A DNA stretch of 64,000 bases, from assembly GCA_937894675.1 (NCBI GenBank), contig CALCQO010000045.1, positions 103,937 to 167,936 on the forward strand, read 5' to 3'. The DNA comes from an uncultured Clostridia bacterium (lineage in GTDB: Bacteria > Bacillota > Clostridia > Christensenellales > Aristaeellaceae). The position numbers and the translations under genes are program-made. Of this stretch, positions 8,844-17,762 are shown piece after piece (within the stretch, counting starts at the first letter, position 1; each line of letters starts with the position of its first letter). The notes under the pieces are model-generated. The model worked only from the letters and a program-made list of their open reading frames with translations. It made no database searches and was not told where the DNA came from.

Positions 8844-9314
8844 ATGGCACTGGAAATCCAAAGCGCGCAGGAAGCGCTGTTTATTGCCTGCGAAATGGAA
8901 AAGCGGGCCATCCGCATGTACGAGCGTATGCTGATGCTCTTTGGCGATAGCGGAAGGGAACCGGTTCTGAAGCAATTGCTCAGGGACGAGCAGAACCATT
9001 TGAACTGTTTTACCAACCTGCGGGGCGAGGATGCCCTGTCCGGCGAGGAAGCCCTGTTGCTCAGCGCTCAGGCCAGCGGGATTTTGTTCCCCGGCGGCCT
9101 GACGGAGGCGCTGCGCCATGGGGCGGTGGACACCCCCCAGCAATTGATTGCCTATGCCGCCGGGCAGGAGGAAACCGCCATCCAGACCTATACGGATTTC
9201 GCAGCCAAAACCAGCGGGGAAGCGTCGGAAGCCTTTTTGCTGATTGCCCGGGAAGAGAGCCAGCACCTGCAGAACCTGCGGGATATGCTGCAAAACCAAA
9301 GCGAAAACCCCTGA
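8844..9314 (+). CDS. Ferritin-like / rubrerythrin-family di-iron protein
   Basis: 156 aa with two ExxH motifs (DEQNHL, EESQHL) and paired upstream glutamates, as in four-helix-bundle ferritin-like proteins. RBS AAAGGAGA. Confidence 0.6.
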   Translation: MALEIQSAQEALFIACEMEKRAIRMYERMLMLFGDSGREPVLKQLLRDEQNHLNCFTNLRGEDALSGEEALLLSAQASGILFPGGLTEALRHGAVDTPQQLIAYAAGQEETAIQTYTDFAAKTSGEASEAFLLIAREESQHLQNLRDMLQNQSENP

Positions 9315-9325
9315 AAGGATACGCC

Positions 9326-10414
9326 ATGTCAGAAACGCCATTGCTGTCCCTTCGGGGGCTTCGCAAGTCCTTTGCCACCCAGGACGCCCTGAACGGGCTG
9401 GACCTGGATGTATACAAAGGCGAATTTCTTACGCTGCTGGGCCCCTCGGGCTGCGGCAAAACCACCACACTGCGCATCATCGCCGGGCTGGAAACCCCCA
9501 CCGCCGGCGAAGTTTATTTAGAGGGGCAGAACATCACCTCCCTGCCGCCGGAAAAGCGCGCCGTGAACACGGTGTTCCAGAACTACGCCCTCTTCCCCCA
9601 TATGACGGTGGCCTCCAACATCGGCTATGGCCTGTGCATGCGCAAGGTGCCCAAGGAGGAGGTTAAAGAACGGGTAGAGAATATGTTGCACCTGGTGCAG
9701 TTGGAGGGCTACGGCAAGCGCATGCCCTCCCAACTGTCCGGCGGGCAGCGCCAGCGTGTGGCCATCGCCCGCAGCGCGGTGCTGGAGCCCAAGCTCCTGC
9801 TGCTGGATGAGCCCCTGGGCGCGCTGGATTTGCAATTGCGCCGGCAGATGCAGGCGGAACTGAAAAAAATGCAGCAGCAGCTGGGCATCACCTTTATCTA
9901 CATCACCCACGACCAGGAGGAAGCCCTGAACATGTCCGACCGCATCGCCCTGATGCGCAGCGGACGCTTTGTGCAGCTGGACACCCCCCACAACCTCTAC
10001 GAGCATCCCGCCACCGCCTTTGCCGCCACCTTCATTGGCGAAACCAACCTGCTGGAAGGCAGGGTAACGGGCATCAAGGGGGATGACGTGATGCTGGATC
10101 TGGACGGCATCTCCGTGCCCGCCCGCACCCAGGACTGGGTGGTGCCCGGGCAGAAACTGTGTCTGTGCGTACGCGCCGAACGGCTGCACTACGCCCGCAA
10201 GGTGCCCGACAGCACCTGCCTGCAGGGCACCTTCATCGGCAGCCACTACGCCGGCAGCGACCGCACCGCCACCATCGAACTGCGCAACGGGCAGACGCTG
10301 CTGTCCCGCCACACCACCGAGCAGGAAGAAAGCGTACAGCCCGGGGAAACCGTCTGCGTCTGGTGGGATATGGAAACCGCCAGCCTGGTGCGCGACGACC
10401 GGGAGGGTGTGTAA
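9326..10414 (+). CDS. potA: Spermidine/putrescine-type ABC importer ATPase
   Basis: Walker A GPSGCGKTT, signature LSGGQRQRVAIAR, Walker B LLLLDEP, and a C-terminal TOBE-like domain. Confidence 0.8.
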   Translation: MSETPLLSLRGLRKSFATQDALNGLDLDVYKGEFLTLLGPSGCGKTTTLRIIAGLETPTAGEVYLEGQNITSLPPEKRAVNTVFQNYALFPHMTVASNIGYGLCMRKVPKEEVKERVENMLHLVQLEGYGKRMPSQLSGGQRQRVAIARSAVLEPKLLLLDEPLGALDLQLRRQMQAELKKMQQQLGITFIYITHDQEEALNMSDRIALMRSGRFVQLDTPHNLYEHPATAFAATFIGETNLLEGRVTGIKGDDVMLDLDGISVPARTQDWVVPGQKLCLCVRAERLHYARKVPDSTCLQGTFIGSHYAGSDRTATIELRNGQTLLSRHTTEQEESVQPGETVCVWWDMETASLVRDDREGV

Positions 10415-11265
10415 TGCAGAGCGAAAAGAACCGCACCCAGCTGGCCGCCCTGCCCATGTCCCTATGGGCGCTGCTGTTTGTGGGGATGTCTTTGTTGTAC
10501 ATCATCGGGCTGAGCCTGCTGAGCCGCGGGGAGGGGTTTACCTCCCAGGGGCCGTTGAGCCTGGATAATTACGCGCGCCTGGGCAGCCCGGTATATGTGA
10601 AAAGCCTGCTGCTGAGCATGCGCCTGGCGGGGCTGACCACGCTGATTTGCCTGTTCATGGGCTATCCCTTCGCCTATTTCATCGCCAAAACCAGGCCGCG
10701 GGTACGCACCTGGCTGCTGATTCTGCTGATTGCCCCGTTCTGGACCAACGCGCTCATCCGTATCTATGGATGGAAGATACTCTTCTACGCCAACGGGCCC
10801 CTGAACACCCTGCTGATGCGCCTGGGGCTGATTCAAAGGCCGCTGAAACTATTGTATACCGAGATGTCGGTGCTGGTGGGCATGGTATACGCCATGATTC
10901 CCTTCTTCGTGCTGCCCGTGTATTCCAGCGTGGAGCGCATCGACTGGACGATGGTGGAAGCCTCCCGGGATCTGGGCGCCTCCCCCCTGAAAGCCTTCCT
11001 CACCGTCACCGTCCCCATGACGGCGCCGGGCATGGTGGCGGGCTTGGTGCTGACATTCATCCCCTCCATCGGGCTGTTCTTCATCAGCGACTTGCTGGGG
11101 GGCTCCAACACCATGCTGTGGGGCAACCTGATCCATAACGAATTGCTCAAAAGCCACGACATGCCCTTTGCCGCCACCCTGTCGGTGGTGCTGCTGCTGC
11201 TGACGGGGCTGATTATTCTGCTGTACCGCCGCATGGGCGGCAAGGCAGAGAACATGTTCTTTTAA
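10414..11265 (+). CDS. potB: Spermidine/putrescine-type ABC importer permease
   Basis: ORF 10159-11265 trimmed to ATG 10414, which overlaps the potA stop as TAATG. Six hydrophobic segments and EAA-like loop VEASRDLGASPLKAFLTVTVP. Confidence 0.75.
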   Translation: MQSEKNRTQLAALPMSLWALLFVGMSLLYIIGLSLLSRGEGFTSQGPLSLDNYARLGSPVYVKSLLLSMRLAGLTTLICLFMGYPFAYFIAKTRPRVRTWLLILLIAPFWTNALIRIYGWKILFYANGPLNTLLMRLGLIQRPLKLLYTEMSVLVGMVYAMIPFFVLPVYSSVERIDWTMVEASRDLGASPLKAFLTVTVPMTAPGMVAGLVLTFIPSIGLFFISDLLGGSNTMLWGNLIHNELLKSHDMPFAATLSVVLLLLTGLIILLYRRMGGKAENMFF

Positions 11266-11274
11266 GGGGGCTGC

Positions 11275-12117
11275 ATGAAAAAGAATTCGCCCCTGGCCAT
11301 TGTCTATATCACAGCCGTCATGCTGATGCTGTACCTGCCCATCCTCGTGGTGGTGCTGTTTTCCTTCAACGCCAACACCACCCGCACGGCGGTGATGAAC
11401 TTTACCGGCTTCTCCCTGCACTGGTACCAGGGGCTCTTTGACGCCACCAGCGGCTACGGCACCCAGCTGCTGGCCTCGGTGGAGGTCGCTTTCTGGAGCG
11501 TGCTGGCCGCCAGCGTACTGGGCACACTAGGGGCGGTGGGCATGCTGCGGCGGCCGCTGCGCAAGTCCCTGGCGGGCCGCGCCGCCAGCGGCGCCCTGTC
11601 CCTTGGCGAGCAGCTGGCCATGCTGCCCATGATGATACCCGAGTTAATCCTGGGCATCGCCTTCATGTCGCTGTTTACTTTCCTGAAGCTGCCCTTTGGC
11701 AAGATGACGCTGATTCTTTCCCACATTACATTCTGTGTGCCTTACATTTTGATTACTGTAAAAAGCCGCCTGAGCACCCTGGACCCGGCGCTGAACGAGG
11801 CGGCCCGGGATTTAGGCGCCAGCCCTTTGAAAGCCTTTTTCACCATCACATTGCCTTTGGCCGCGCCCGCCATCCTGTCGGGCTCCCTGCTGGCCTTTGC
11901 CATGTCCATGGATGATTTTGTCATCAGCTTCTTTGTTACCGGCGCAGAAACTACCACGCTGCCCCTGAAGGTCTATTCCTCGGTGAAGGTGGGGGTTACC
12001 CCCCAGGTAAACGCCCTGTGCACGGTGATGCTGGGCGCCGCCTTCCTGCTGGTGGGCCTTGGGCAGCTAATTTCCGCCGCCAGCGAGCGGCGGCAGGCGC
12101 AGACGAAGGGGGCGTAA
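11275..12117 (+). CDS. potC: Spermidine/putrescine-type ABC importer permease
   Basis: EAA-like loop NEAARDLGASPLKAFFTITLP in a polytopic protein. Its stop abuts the murG ATG. Confidence 0.75.
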   Translation: MKKNSPLAIVYITAVMLMLYLPILVVVLFSFNANTTRTAVMNFTGFSLHWYQGLFDATSGYGTQLLASVEVAFWSVLAASVLGTLGAVGMLRRPLRKSLAGRAASGALSLGEQLAMLPMMIPELILGIAFMSLFTFLKLPFGKMTLILSHITFCVPYILITVKSRLSTLDPALNEAARDLGASPLKAFFTITLPLAAPAILSGSLLAFAMSMDDFVISFFVTGAETTTLPLKVYSSVKVGVTPQVNALCTVMLGAAFLLVGLGQLISAASERRQAQTKGA

Positions 12118-13185
12118 ATGAAACGGATTGTGTTAACCGGCGGCGGCACCGCCGGGCATGTCAGCCCCAACCTGGCGCTTTTGCCCCATCTGCTGGAGAA
12201 GGGGTACGATGTGCACTACATCGGCTCTGCCCGCGGCATCGAGCGGGAGATGACCGATTTGCCCGGTATCACCTACCATGCCATCCAAAGCGGCAAGCTG
12301 CGGCGGTATTTTGATGTAAAAAATTTTACCGACCCCTTCCGGGTGGCGGCGGGCTGTGCCCAGAGCCTAAAGCTGATGAAAAAGCTGCTGCCCGATGTGC
12401 TCTTCAGCAAGGGGGGCTTTGTGTCGGTGCCCGTTGTATGGGCCGCCAGCAAGTTTCATGTGCCCATCCTGTGCCACGAGAGCGATATCACCCCCGGGCT
12501 TGCCAACCGCATCAGCGCCAGGTACGCGAAAAAGATATGCGCCACCTTTCCCGAGTGCGCGGCCAAGCTGGGCAGCAAGGGTGTGCTGACCGGCACGCCC
12601 CTGCGGCCTGAGCTGTTCTCCGGAAGCCGGGAAAAGGGGCTTGCGCTGGCCAACTTTGACGGCAGCCGTCCCGTGCTGCTGATGATGGGGGGCAGCCAGG
12701 GCGCCCAGGCGGTGAACCGCGCCCTGCGGGAAGCGCTGCCTGATATCACCCAAGAGTTTGATGTGCTGCACCTGTGCGGCAAGGGCAACGAGGACGCCCA
12801 GCTGCACGGCGTGAAAGGCTATTGGCAGACGCCCTTTTTAAGCGCCGAGCTGCCCCATGCCCTGGCCGCCTGCGACCTGGTGCTGTCCAGGGCGGGCGCC
12901 AACGCCATCAACGAGTTCCAGGCGCTGAAAAAGCCCATGCTGCTGGTTCCGCTGCCGCTAAGCGCCAGCCGGGGGGATCAGATTCTCAACGCACAGAGCT
13001 ACGAAAAGCGGGGCATCGCCCGGGTTCTGTATCAGGAGGAGATGACTGCCGACAGCCTGGTCCAGGCGCTGCGGGAGACCTATGCCCAGCGGTCGCGGCT
13101 GCTGGCCGCGCTGGACAAGGAGCCGGCCGCGGACGGCACCCAGAAAGTCTTACAGCTGATTGAGGACATTCAAAAGCAGCATTAA
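12118..13185 (+). CDS. murG: Undecaprenyl-PP-MurNAc-pentapeptide N-acetylglucosamine transferase
   Basis: LTGGGTAGHVSPNLAL N-terminal motif. 355 aa with GT28 architecture. Confidence 0.85.
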   Translation: MKRIVLTGGGTAGHVSPNLALLPHLLEKGYDVHYIGSARGIEREMTDLPGITYHAIQSGKLRRYFDVKNFTDPFRVAAGCAQSLKLMKKLLPDVLFSKGGFVSVPVVWAASKFHVPILCHESDITPGLANRISARYAKKICATFPECAAKLGSKGVLTGTPLRPELFSGSREKGLALANFDGSRPVLLMMGGSQGAQAVNRALREALPDITQEFDVLHLCGKGNEDAQLHGVKGYWQTPFLSAELPHALAACDLVLSRAGANAINEFQALKKPMLLVPLPLSASRGDQILNAQSYEKRGIARVLYQEEMTADSLVQALRETYAQRSRLLAALDKEPAADGTQKVLQLIEDIQKQH

Positions 13186-13234
13186 CTTTCCGTTTGTTTG
13201 TTTCATGCTTTTCCGCAGTATCCAGAGGTTTTCT

Positions 13235-14140
13235 ATGAAATCCTACACCCTGTATCAGGTGGATGCCTTCACCAAGACAAAGTTCACCGGCAATAGCGCC
13301 GGTGTGGTTCCCCGCGCTGACGGGTTAAGCGTGCCGCAAATGCAGCAGATCGCGCGGGAAGTGGACAGTTCGGAAACTGCCTTTGTTTTTTCTTCCCCTT
13401 CCCCTGCCTATGATGTGCGTGTGCGGTTCTTCTCCCTCTTGCAGGAAGTACCCCTGTGCGGCCACGCCACTGTCGCCGCCCATTATGTACGCGCGCTGGA
13501 AGGAGCAGCCACCAGCGGCACTATATACCAGAAAACAAAGGCAGGTATTCTGCCTGTGGATATTCTTCGCGTGCGGGGCGATTTCGCTGTCAGGATGACA
13601 CAAGGCACCCCCTATGTCGGCCCGCCTTTAAAGGAAAGTGCGGCGCAAGCCATCCTGAACGCATTGGGCATCACCCCGCAGGACTTACGGGAAGGCTGCC
13701 CCGTCGCCATCGCTTCCGCTGGCTACGGCAAGATGATGGTTGGTATTGGCAGCCTGGAAAAGCTGCACCGCCTGGCGCCCAATATGAACAAACTAACCGG
13801 CCTGAGCAAGGAAATCGGCTGCAATGGGTATTATGTCTTTACCCTTCACCCCGGAGAAAAGGTGTTGGTTCATGGACGCATGTTTGCCCCCGCCTCCGGT
13901 GTGCCGGAAGACCCGGTAACAGGCAATGCCAATGGCCCCCTTGGTCTGTACCTTGTGCATTACAATGTGTGCCCCCGCTTGATTTCCGGGGACAAGCTTG
14001 TCTTTACCATCCGCCAGGGGGAGGCCATGGGCCGGCCGGGTTCCATGCAGGTGCAGGTGGACATCAGCAACGGCACGCCCATCCGCTCCCACATCACTGG
14101 CCATGCAGTGGTCGTATGGAAGACTGAAATCGTTTTATAA
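13235..14140 (+). CDS. PhzF-family isomerase
   Basis: ORF 13160 trimmed to ATG 13235 (AGAGG upstream). YQVDAFT...FTGNSAGVV...ETAFV...CGHATVA matches the PhzF pattern. Confidence 0.8.
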   Translation: MKSYTLYQVDAFTKTKFTGNSAGVVPRADGLSVPQMQQIAREVDSSETAFVFSSPSPAYDVRVRFFSLLQEVPLCGHATVAAHYVRALEGAATSGTIYQKTKAGILPVDILRVRGDFAVRMTQGTPYVGPPLKESAAQAILNALGITPQDLREGCPVAIASAGYGKMMVGIGSLEKLHRLAPNMNKLTGLSKEIGCNGYYVFTLHPGEKVLVHGRMFAPASGVPEDPVTGNANGPLGLYLVHYNVCPRLISGDKLVFTIRQGEAMGRPGSMQVQVDISNGTPIRSHITGHAVVVWKTEIVL

Positions 14141-14182
14141 AGCAATTGGCATGAGATAACTTGTTAGCCTACAAGTATATAG

Positions 14183-14216
14183 AAAGCACTCCCGCCTTCC
14201 GGCGGGAGTGCTTTTG
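14183..14216. terminator. Bidirectional terminator between convergent genes
   Basis: AAAGCACTCCCGCC-TTCC-GGCGGGAGTGCTTT, a perfect 14-bp stem flanked by A/T runs. Confidence 0.8.
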
Positions 14217-14243
14217 CATAAGTTTCTAAATTTTTCTACGCTC

Positions 14244-15380
14244 TTAGTAAGTAATCGCGCAGACCAGGCCGCCCATGTTGTCGGTGGACACGAAGAAGTC
14301 CGACGCGTTGGCGGGAATCTCGTGGGTTCTGTCTTCCAGGCCCTCGGGGACGCGGTAGATTTCGTACTTGGCCACGCCGTCCTCATACACGATGATATGG
14401 GGGTTGGCAATCAGGTAGTCGATGTACTCTTCCAGGCAGAAGCCCTTGATGTGCATCACCGTGGCGTGGGGGATGCCCACATAACGGTAGGCGTCCAGCT
14501 GCAGGCTGCTGGTGATGCCGGTGATGTAGCTCTTATCCACCGTGTCCGCGTAGGGGTAGCCCTGGGCGGGGAAACGGAAGATGAGGCCGTACTTCCAGCC
14601 GTTTTCATTGAGGAACTTGGCTTGTTCGCTGGTCTGGAAGGGGGTGGCGGTGATGACGCTGTCCTCCCGGCTGTAGATGTCCATGTCAAAGCTGAAGCCG
14701 GACTGATAGTCGCTGGTGCCAGGATAGGAAACCTTCACCCGGGCCGCTTCCACCAGGCCTTCGCCGGAGCGGTTGGGGTGCAGCGCCAGTTCCTTGTTCC
14801 AGGCTTCCGTCTGGTCCGCCATGGTGCGGTAGGCGCGGCGGACGATATAGAACTCCAGCCCTTCCTCCTTGGCGTCGGCGACAAATTTGTCCAAGGCGCT
14901 GATGGCAGCGGGGAAGAGCAGTACATTGCGGTCCCTGACAGGTACGCGGAAGCTGGTTTCCTCGCCCAGGCTCTTGAGGGTTTCCTCGGCCATAGCGAAG
15001 TCAGCGGGCAGTTCGTGCCAGCGGTTCAGCAGCAGCAGACCGCCCTGCAGGGCGTCCAGCCGCGTGGTGGTAACGCTCTGCCCCCCCTCCACTGGAAAGG
15101 CGCTGGCGTCGATAATATCCCAGCCGGTGGCAGCGGGCTGAGGCATCTCTTCCACCTCTTTGGTGTTCAGCTCCCTTTGCTGCGCGTCCCTGGCGGCCTG
15201 ATACTCCTGCACCAGCTTGGCGTTTTCCTCCTCAATCTTTTTCTGGAGGTTGGCCTGCTGGCCTTTCTGATAGGAATCCAGCAGCACATAGCCGGTGCCC
15301 AGCAATACCAGCAGCACCAACAATACAATCATGATGATGGTCAGCCTGCGGTACGGATCAGTTTTCCTGTTGTTTGCCAT
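14244..15380 (-). CDS. Membrane-anchored VanY/M15B-like D,D-carboxypeptidase homologue, probably non-catalytic
   Basis: N-terminal TM (LTIIMIVLLVLLVLLGTGYVLL). VanY-like blocks RRAYRTMADQ, PGTSDYQSGFSFDMD and ITGI...LDAYRYVG. See the finding on the substituted zinc ligands. Confidence 0.7.
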   Translation of the reverse strand: MANNRKTDPYRRLTIIMIVLLVLLVLLGTGYVLLDSYQKGQQANLQKKIEEENAKLVQEYQAARDAQQRELNTKEVEEMPQPAATGWDIIDASAFPVEGGQSVTTTRLDALQGGLLLLNRWHELPADFAMAEETLKSLGEETSFRVPVRDRNVLLFPAAISALDKFVADAKEEGLEFYIVRRAYRTMADQTEAWNKELALHPNRSGEGLVEAARVKVSYPGTSDYQSGFSFDMDIYSREDSVITATPFQTSEQAKFLNENGWKYGLIFRFPAQGYPYADTVDKSYITGITSSLQLDAYRYVGIPHATVMHIKGFCLEEYIDYLIANPHIIVYEDGVAKYEIYRVPEGLEDRTHEIPANASDFFVSTDNMGGLVCAITY

Positions 15381-15469
15381 GTCCCCTCAATCCTTTCCGC
15401 GCGCGAAAGGCGCAGGATATGATTATTCGGCAGTGATGTGTAAAATCCCTTTATTTTATATCAAAAATA

Positions 15470-15742
15470 TTACAATTTGTCAACTTTTTTGTATGAATTG
15501 AGCAGTTCCAGTACGGCTTTCGCCGCTTCCTCCTCGTCCGTGCCGTCGCATTCCAGCATGGTGGGGGCATTGTGCAGGTCGCGCAGCGCCATCAAACCCA
15601 GCATGGACTTGCCGTTGATGATGGTGTTGTGGGATTTGAACACAATGCGGGAGGAAAAGGTGTCCGTCACGCTGACCAGCTTGATGGCGCCTTCCCGGGT
15701 GATGGGCAGAAGTCCGCTCAGGTCGATTTCATACTGTATCAT
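15470..15742 (-). CDS. HPr-family protein of the Crh type (regulatory Ser present, no His15)
   Basis: 90 aa. NGKSMLGLMAL matches the HPr Ser46 region. The position of GIHARPA is occupied by PITREGA. ATGA start/stop overlap with whiA. Confidence 0.75.
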   Translation of the reverse strand: MIQYEIDLSGLLPITREGAIKLVSVTDTFSSRIVFKSHNTIINGKSMLGLMALRDLHNAPTMLECDGTDEEEAAKAVLELLNSYKKVDKL

Positions 15743-16713
15743 GGGGCATCCTCCTTTGAAACGCTGGGGGTATGGGTGCGAAGGTTGGCGGAAACCTGCG
15801 ACAGCCTGCGCATGCGGTGCTGTACGCCAGATTTGGAGATGGGCGGGCTGAGCATGGCGCCCAGCTGCTCCAGGGTTGCCTCCGGGTGCAGCAGGCGAAG
15901 GCGGGCCAGGGCTTCCAGATCCCTGGGCAGGGAGGTGAGCCCCGCCAGATGGGAGATGCGGGTAATCATGTCCACCTGCCTGCGGGAGGAAGCCACCTGC
16001 TTTTCCAGGTTGGCGTGGTCGCAGTTCAGCGCCCGGTTAACCTGCTGCTTGACGGCGCCTCTGGTGCGCATTTCTTCTACCTCCAGCATAGCTCTGGATG
16101 CGCCTAAGGTAGCAAGCAGACGAGCAATCATGCCGCTGTCCTTGATGTAGACCGCCGCCTCGCCCTTGCGCTGGGTGATGGCCGAAGGGATGTCGCACAT
16201 CTCCAGCACCCTTTGCACAAAGCGGGCGCGGGCATTGTCCCCCACCAGAAACTCGGCGTGGTATCCCTTGTCCGGCGCGGACAGGGTGCCGCAGCCCAGG
16301 AACATGCCCCGCAGGAAAGCGCGGCGGCAGCAGATGCGGCGCACCACCCGCTTGGGCACCCCCTGGAACACATCCTCCCCCGTTTCGTCCCTGCGCAGGA
16401 CATCCAGCCGCCGCAGCAGGCGGCGGGAATCCGCGGGGGTCAGGGTAATGGTGGTGACAAACCGTCCCCCGAAGCGGGGGTCCTTCACCACGCTGGAAGC
16501 CGCGTCCAGTTGGCCGTAGTAGCGCAGCAGGGTCAGCAGCCGCTTGCCCACGGTGGTGCTGAAGGAGCGGTAGATTACCTGCATCTGCCCCGCCCCCTGC
16601 AGGCTGATGCTGCCCAGGCACTGGGTTAAAGCCCCCAGCTCCGCCATGGCGCAGCATTCCTTCTCCGGCATGTCGCGGGCGATTTCCCGCTTGATTTCGG
16701 CGGCGAAGCTCAT
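15739..16713 (-). CDS. whiA: DNA-binding protein WhiA
   Basis: 324 aa. MSFAAEIKREI N-terminus, LAGLIDADG-like repeats and a C-terminal HTH (LSPPISKSGVQHRMRRL). Confidence 0.85.
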   Translation of the reverse strand: MSFAAEIKREIARDMPEKECCAMAELGALTQCLGSISLQGAGQMQVIYRSFSTTVGKRLLTLLRYYGQLDAASSVVKDPRFGGRFVTTITLTPADSRRLLRRLDVLRRDETGEDVFQGVPKRVVRRICCRRAFLRGMFLGCGTLSAPDKGYHAEFLVGDNARARFVQRVLEMCDIPSAITQRKGEAAVYIKDSGMIARLLATLGASRAMLEVEEMRTRGAVKQQVNRALNCDHANLEKQVASSRRQVDMITRISHLAGLTSLPRDLEALARLRLLHPEATLEQLGAMLSPPISKSGVQHRMRRLSQVSANLRTHTPSVSKEDAP

Positions 16714-16715
16714 GC

Positions 16716-17624
16716 TTACCCGCCTAAAATGCGCACTTCCGGCTCGAGCATTACGCAGAACTGCTGTTCCACCGTGTCCTGCACATGGCGGCTTAAGGTG
16801 ACAAAGTCCTGGGCGGTAGCGCCCCCTGTGTTGATTAAAAACCCAGCGTGCTTTTCGCTGACCTGGGCGCCGCCCACGCTGGTGCCCTTGAGCCCCGCCG
16901 CCTCGATGAGGGCGCCGGCGAAATGCCCCTCGGGGCGTTTGAAGAAGGAGCCCGCGCTGGGGTAGCTGAGCGGCTGGCTGGCCTTGCGCCGGGCAACATA
17001 ATCCATCATCAAGGTGCGGATTTCCTCGCCGTCACCTTCCCGCAGTTGAAATTCCACTTCCAGAATCAGCAGCCCCTCCGCCATGGCGCGGCTGTGGCGG
17101 TAGCCGTAATCCATCTCCTTGACCGGGATTTTCTGGATCGAGCCGTCGGGCATCACGCAGCGCACCCAGGTAATAACATCGCACAGGGAAGAGCCGAAAG
17201 CCCCCGCGTTCATCAGCGCGGCGCCCCCCACGGTGCCGGGAATGCCGCCGGCAAATTCCAGCCCGGCAAGGTCCGCCCCCGAAGCGATGGACGACAGGCG
17301 GGAGAGCATGGCGCCGCTTTGCGCGCGCACGCGCGTACCCTCCACCGTGATGGCGGCGAATCGGTTACCAAAGTGAAGGATGAGGCCCTGATAGCCCGCA
17401 TCCGAAAAGAGCATGTTGGAGCCGTTGCCCAGCGCCATGCAGGGAACGTCAAACAGGCGGGCGGTCGCCAGGGTATCCAAAACATCCTGCTGGCTGGCTA
17501 CATCAACAAAGAGCCTCGCCGGCCCCCCCACCTTGATGGTGGTGTGCTGGCGCAGGGGTTCATTCTCCCGCACTTGCAGCCCGGAAAGGGTGCGGGCAAG
17601 CCTGTTCCATTGGCTTTCATTCAT
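16716..17624 (-). CDS. murB: UDP-N-acetylenolpyruvoylglucosamine reductase
   Basis: 302 aa. PLRQHTTIKVGGPA...LGNGSNML FAD-binding pattern and the MurB C-terminal domain. Confidence 0.85.
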   Translation of the reverse strand: MNESQWNRLARTLSGLQVRENEPLRQHTTIKVGGPARLFVDVASQQDVLDTLATARLFDVPCMALGNGSNMLFSDAGYQGLILHFGNRFAAITVEGTRVRAQSGAMLSRLSSIASGADLAGLEFAGGIPGTVGGAALMNAGAFGSSLCDVITWVRCVMPDGSIQKIPVKEMDYGYRHSRAMAEGLLILEVEFQLREGDGEEIRTLMMDYVARRKASQPLSYPSAGSFFKRPEGHFAGALIEAAGLKGTSVGGAQVSEKHAGFLINTGGATAQDFVTLSRHVQDTVEQQFCVMLEPEVRILGG

Positions 17625-17692
17625 CCAGTATACTGCCTCCGTTTTGTCATGGTAAGTATATCATCAACCTTCAGCCCCTTCAAGGGGAGATG

Positions 17693-17721
17693 TTGCTTAA
17701 AGATTGCATTTTCAGTATAAT
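17693..17721 (+). promoter_or_regulatory. Sigma-A-type promoter of murC-lepA
   Basis: TTGCTT (17693-17698), 17-nt spacer, TATAAT (17716-17721). Confidence 0.6.
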
Positions 17722-17762
17722 ATGGTTGGAAGATTGTTACAAGTTCGCTGAAAGGATACAGG

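Noticed and set aside
15391-15409. The hairpin CCTTTC-CGCGCGC-GAAAGG upstream of the M15B gene as a terminator of the crh-like gene.
   Set aside because: It has only a 6-bp stem with no U tract and lies immediately next to the M15B RBS. The evidence is insufficient to call a terminator or a riboswitch.
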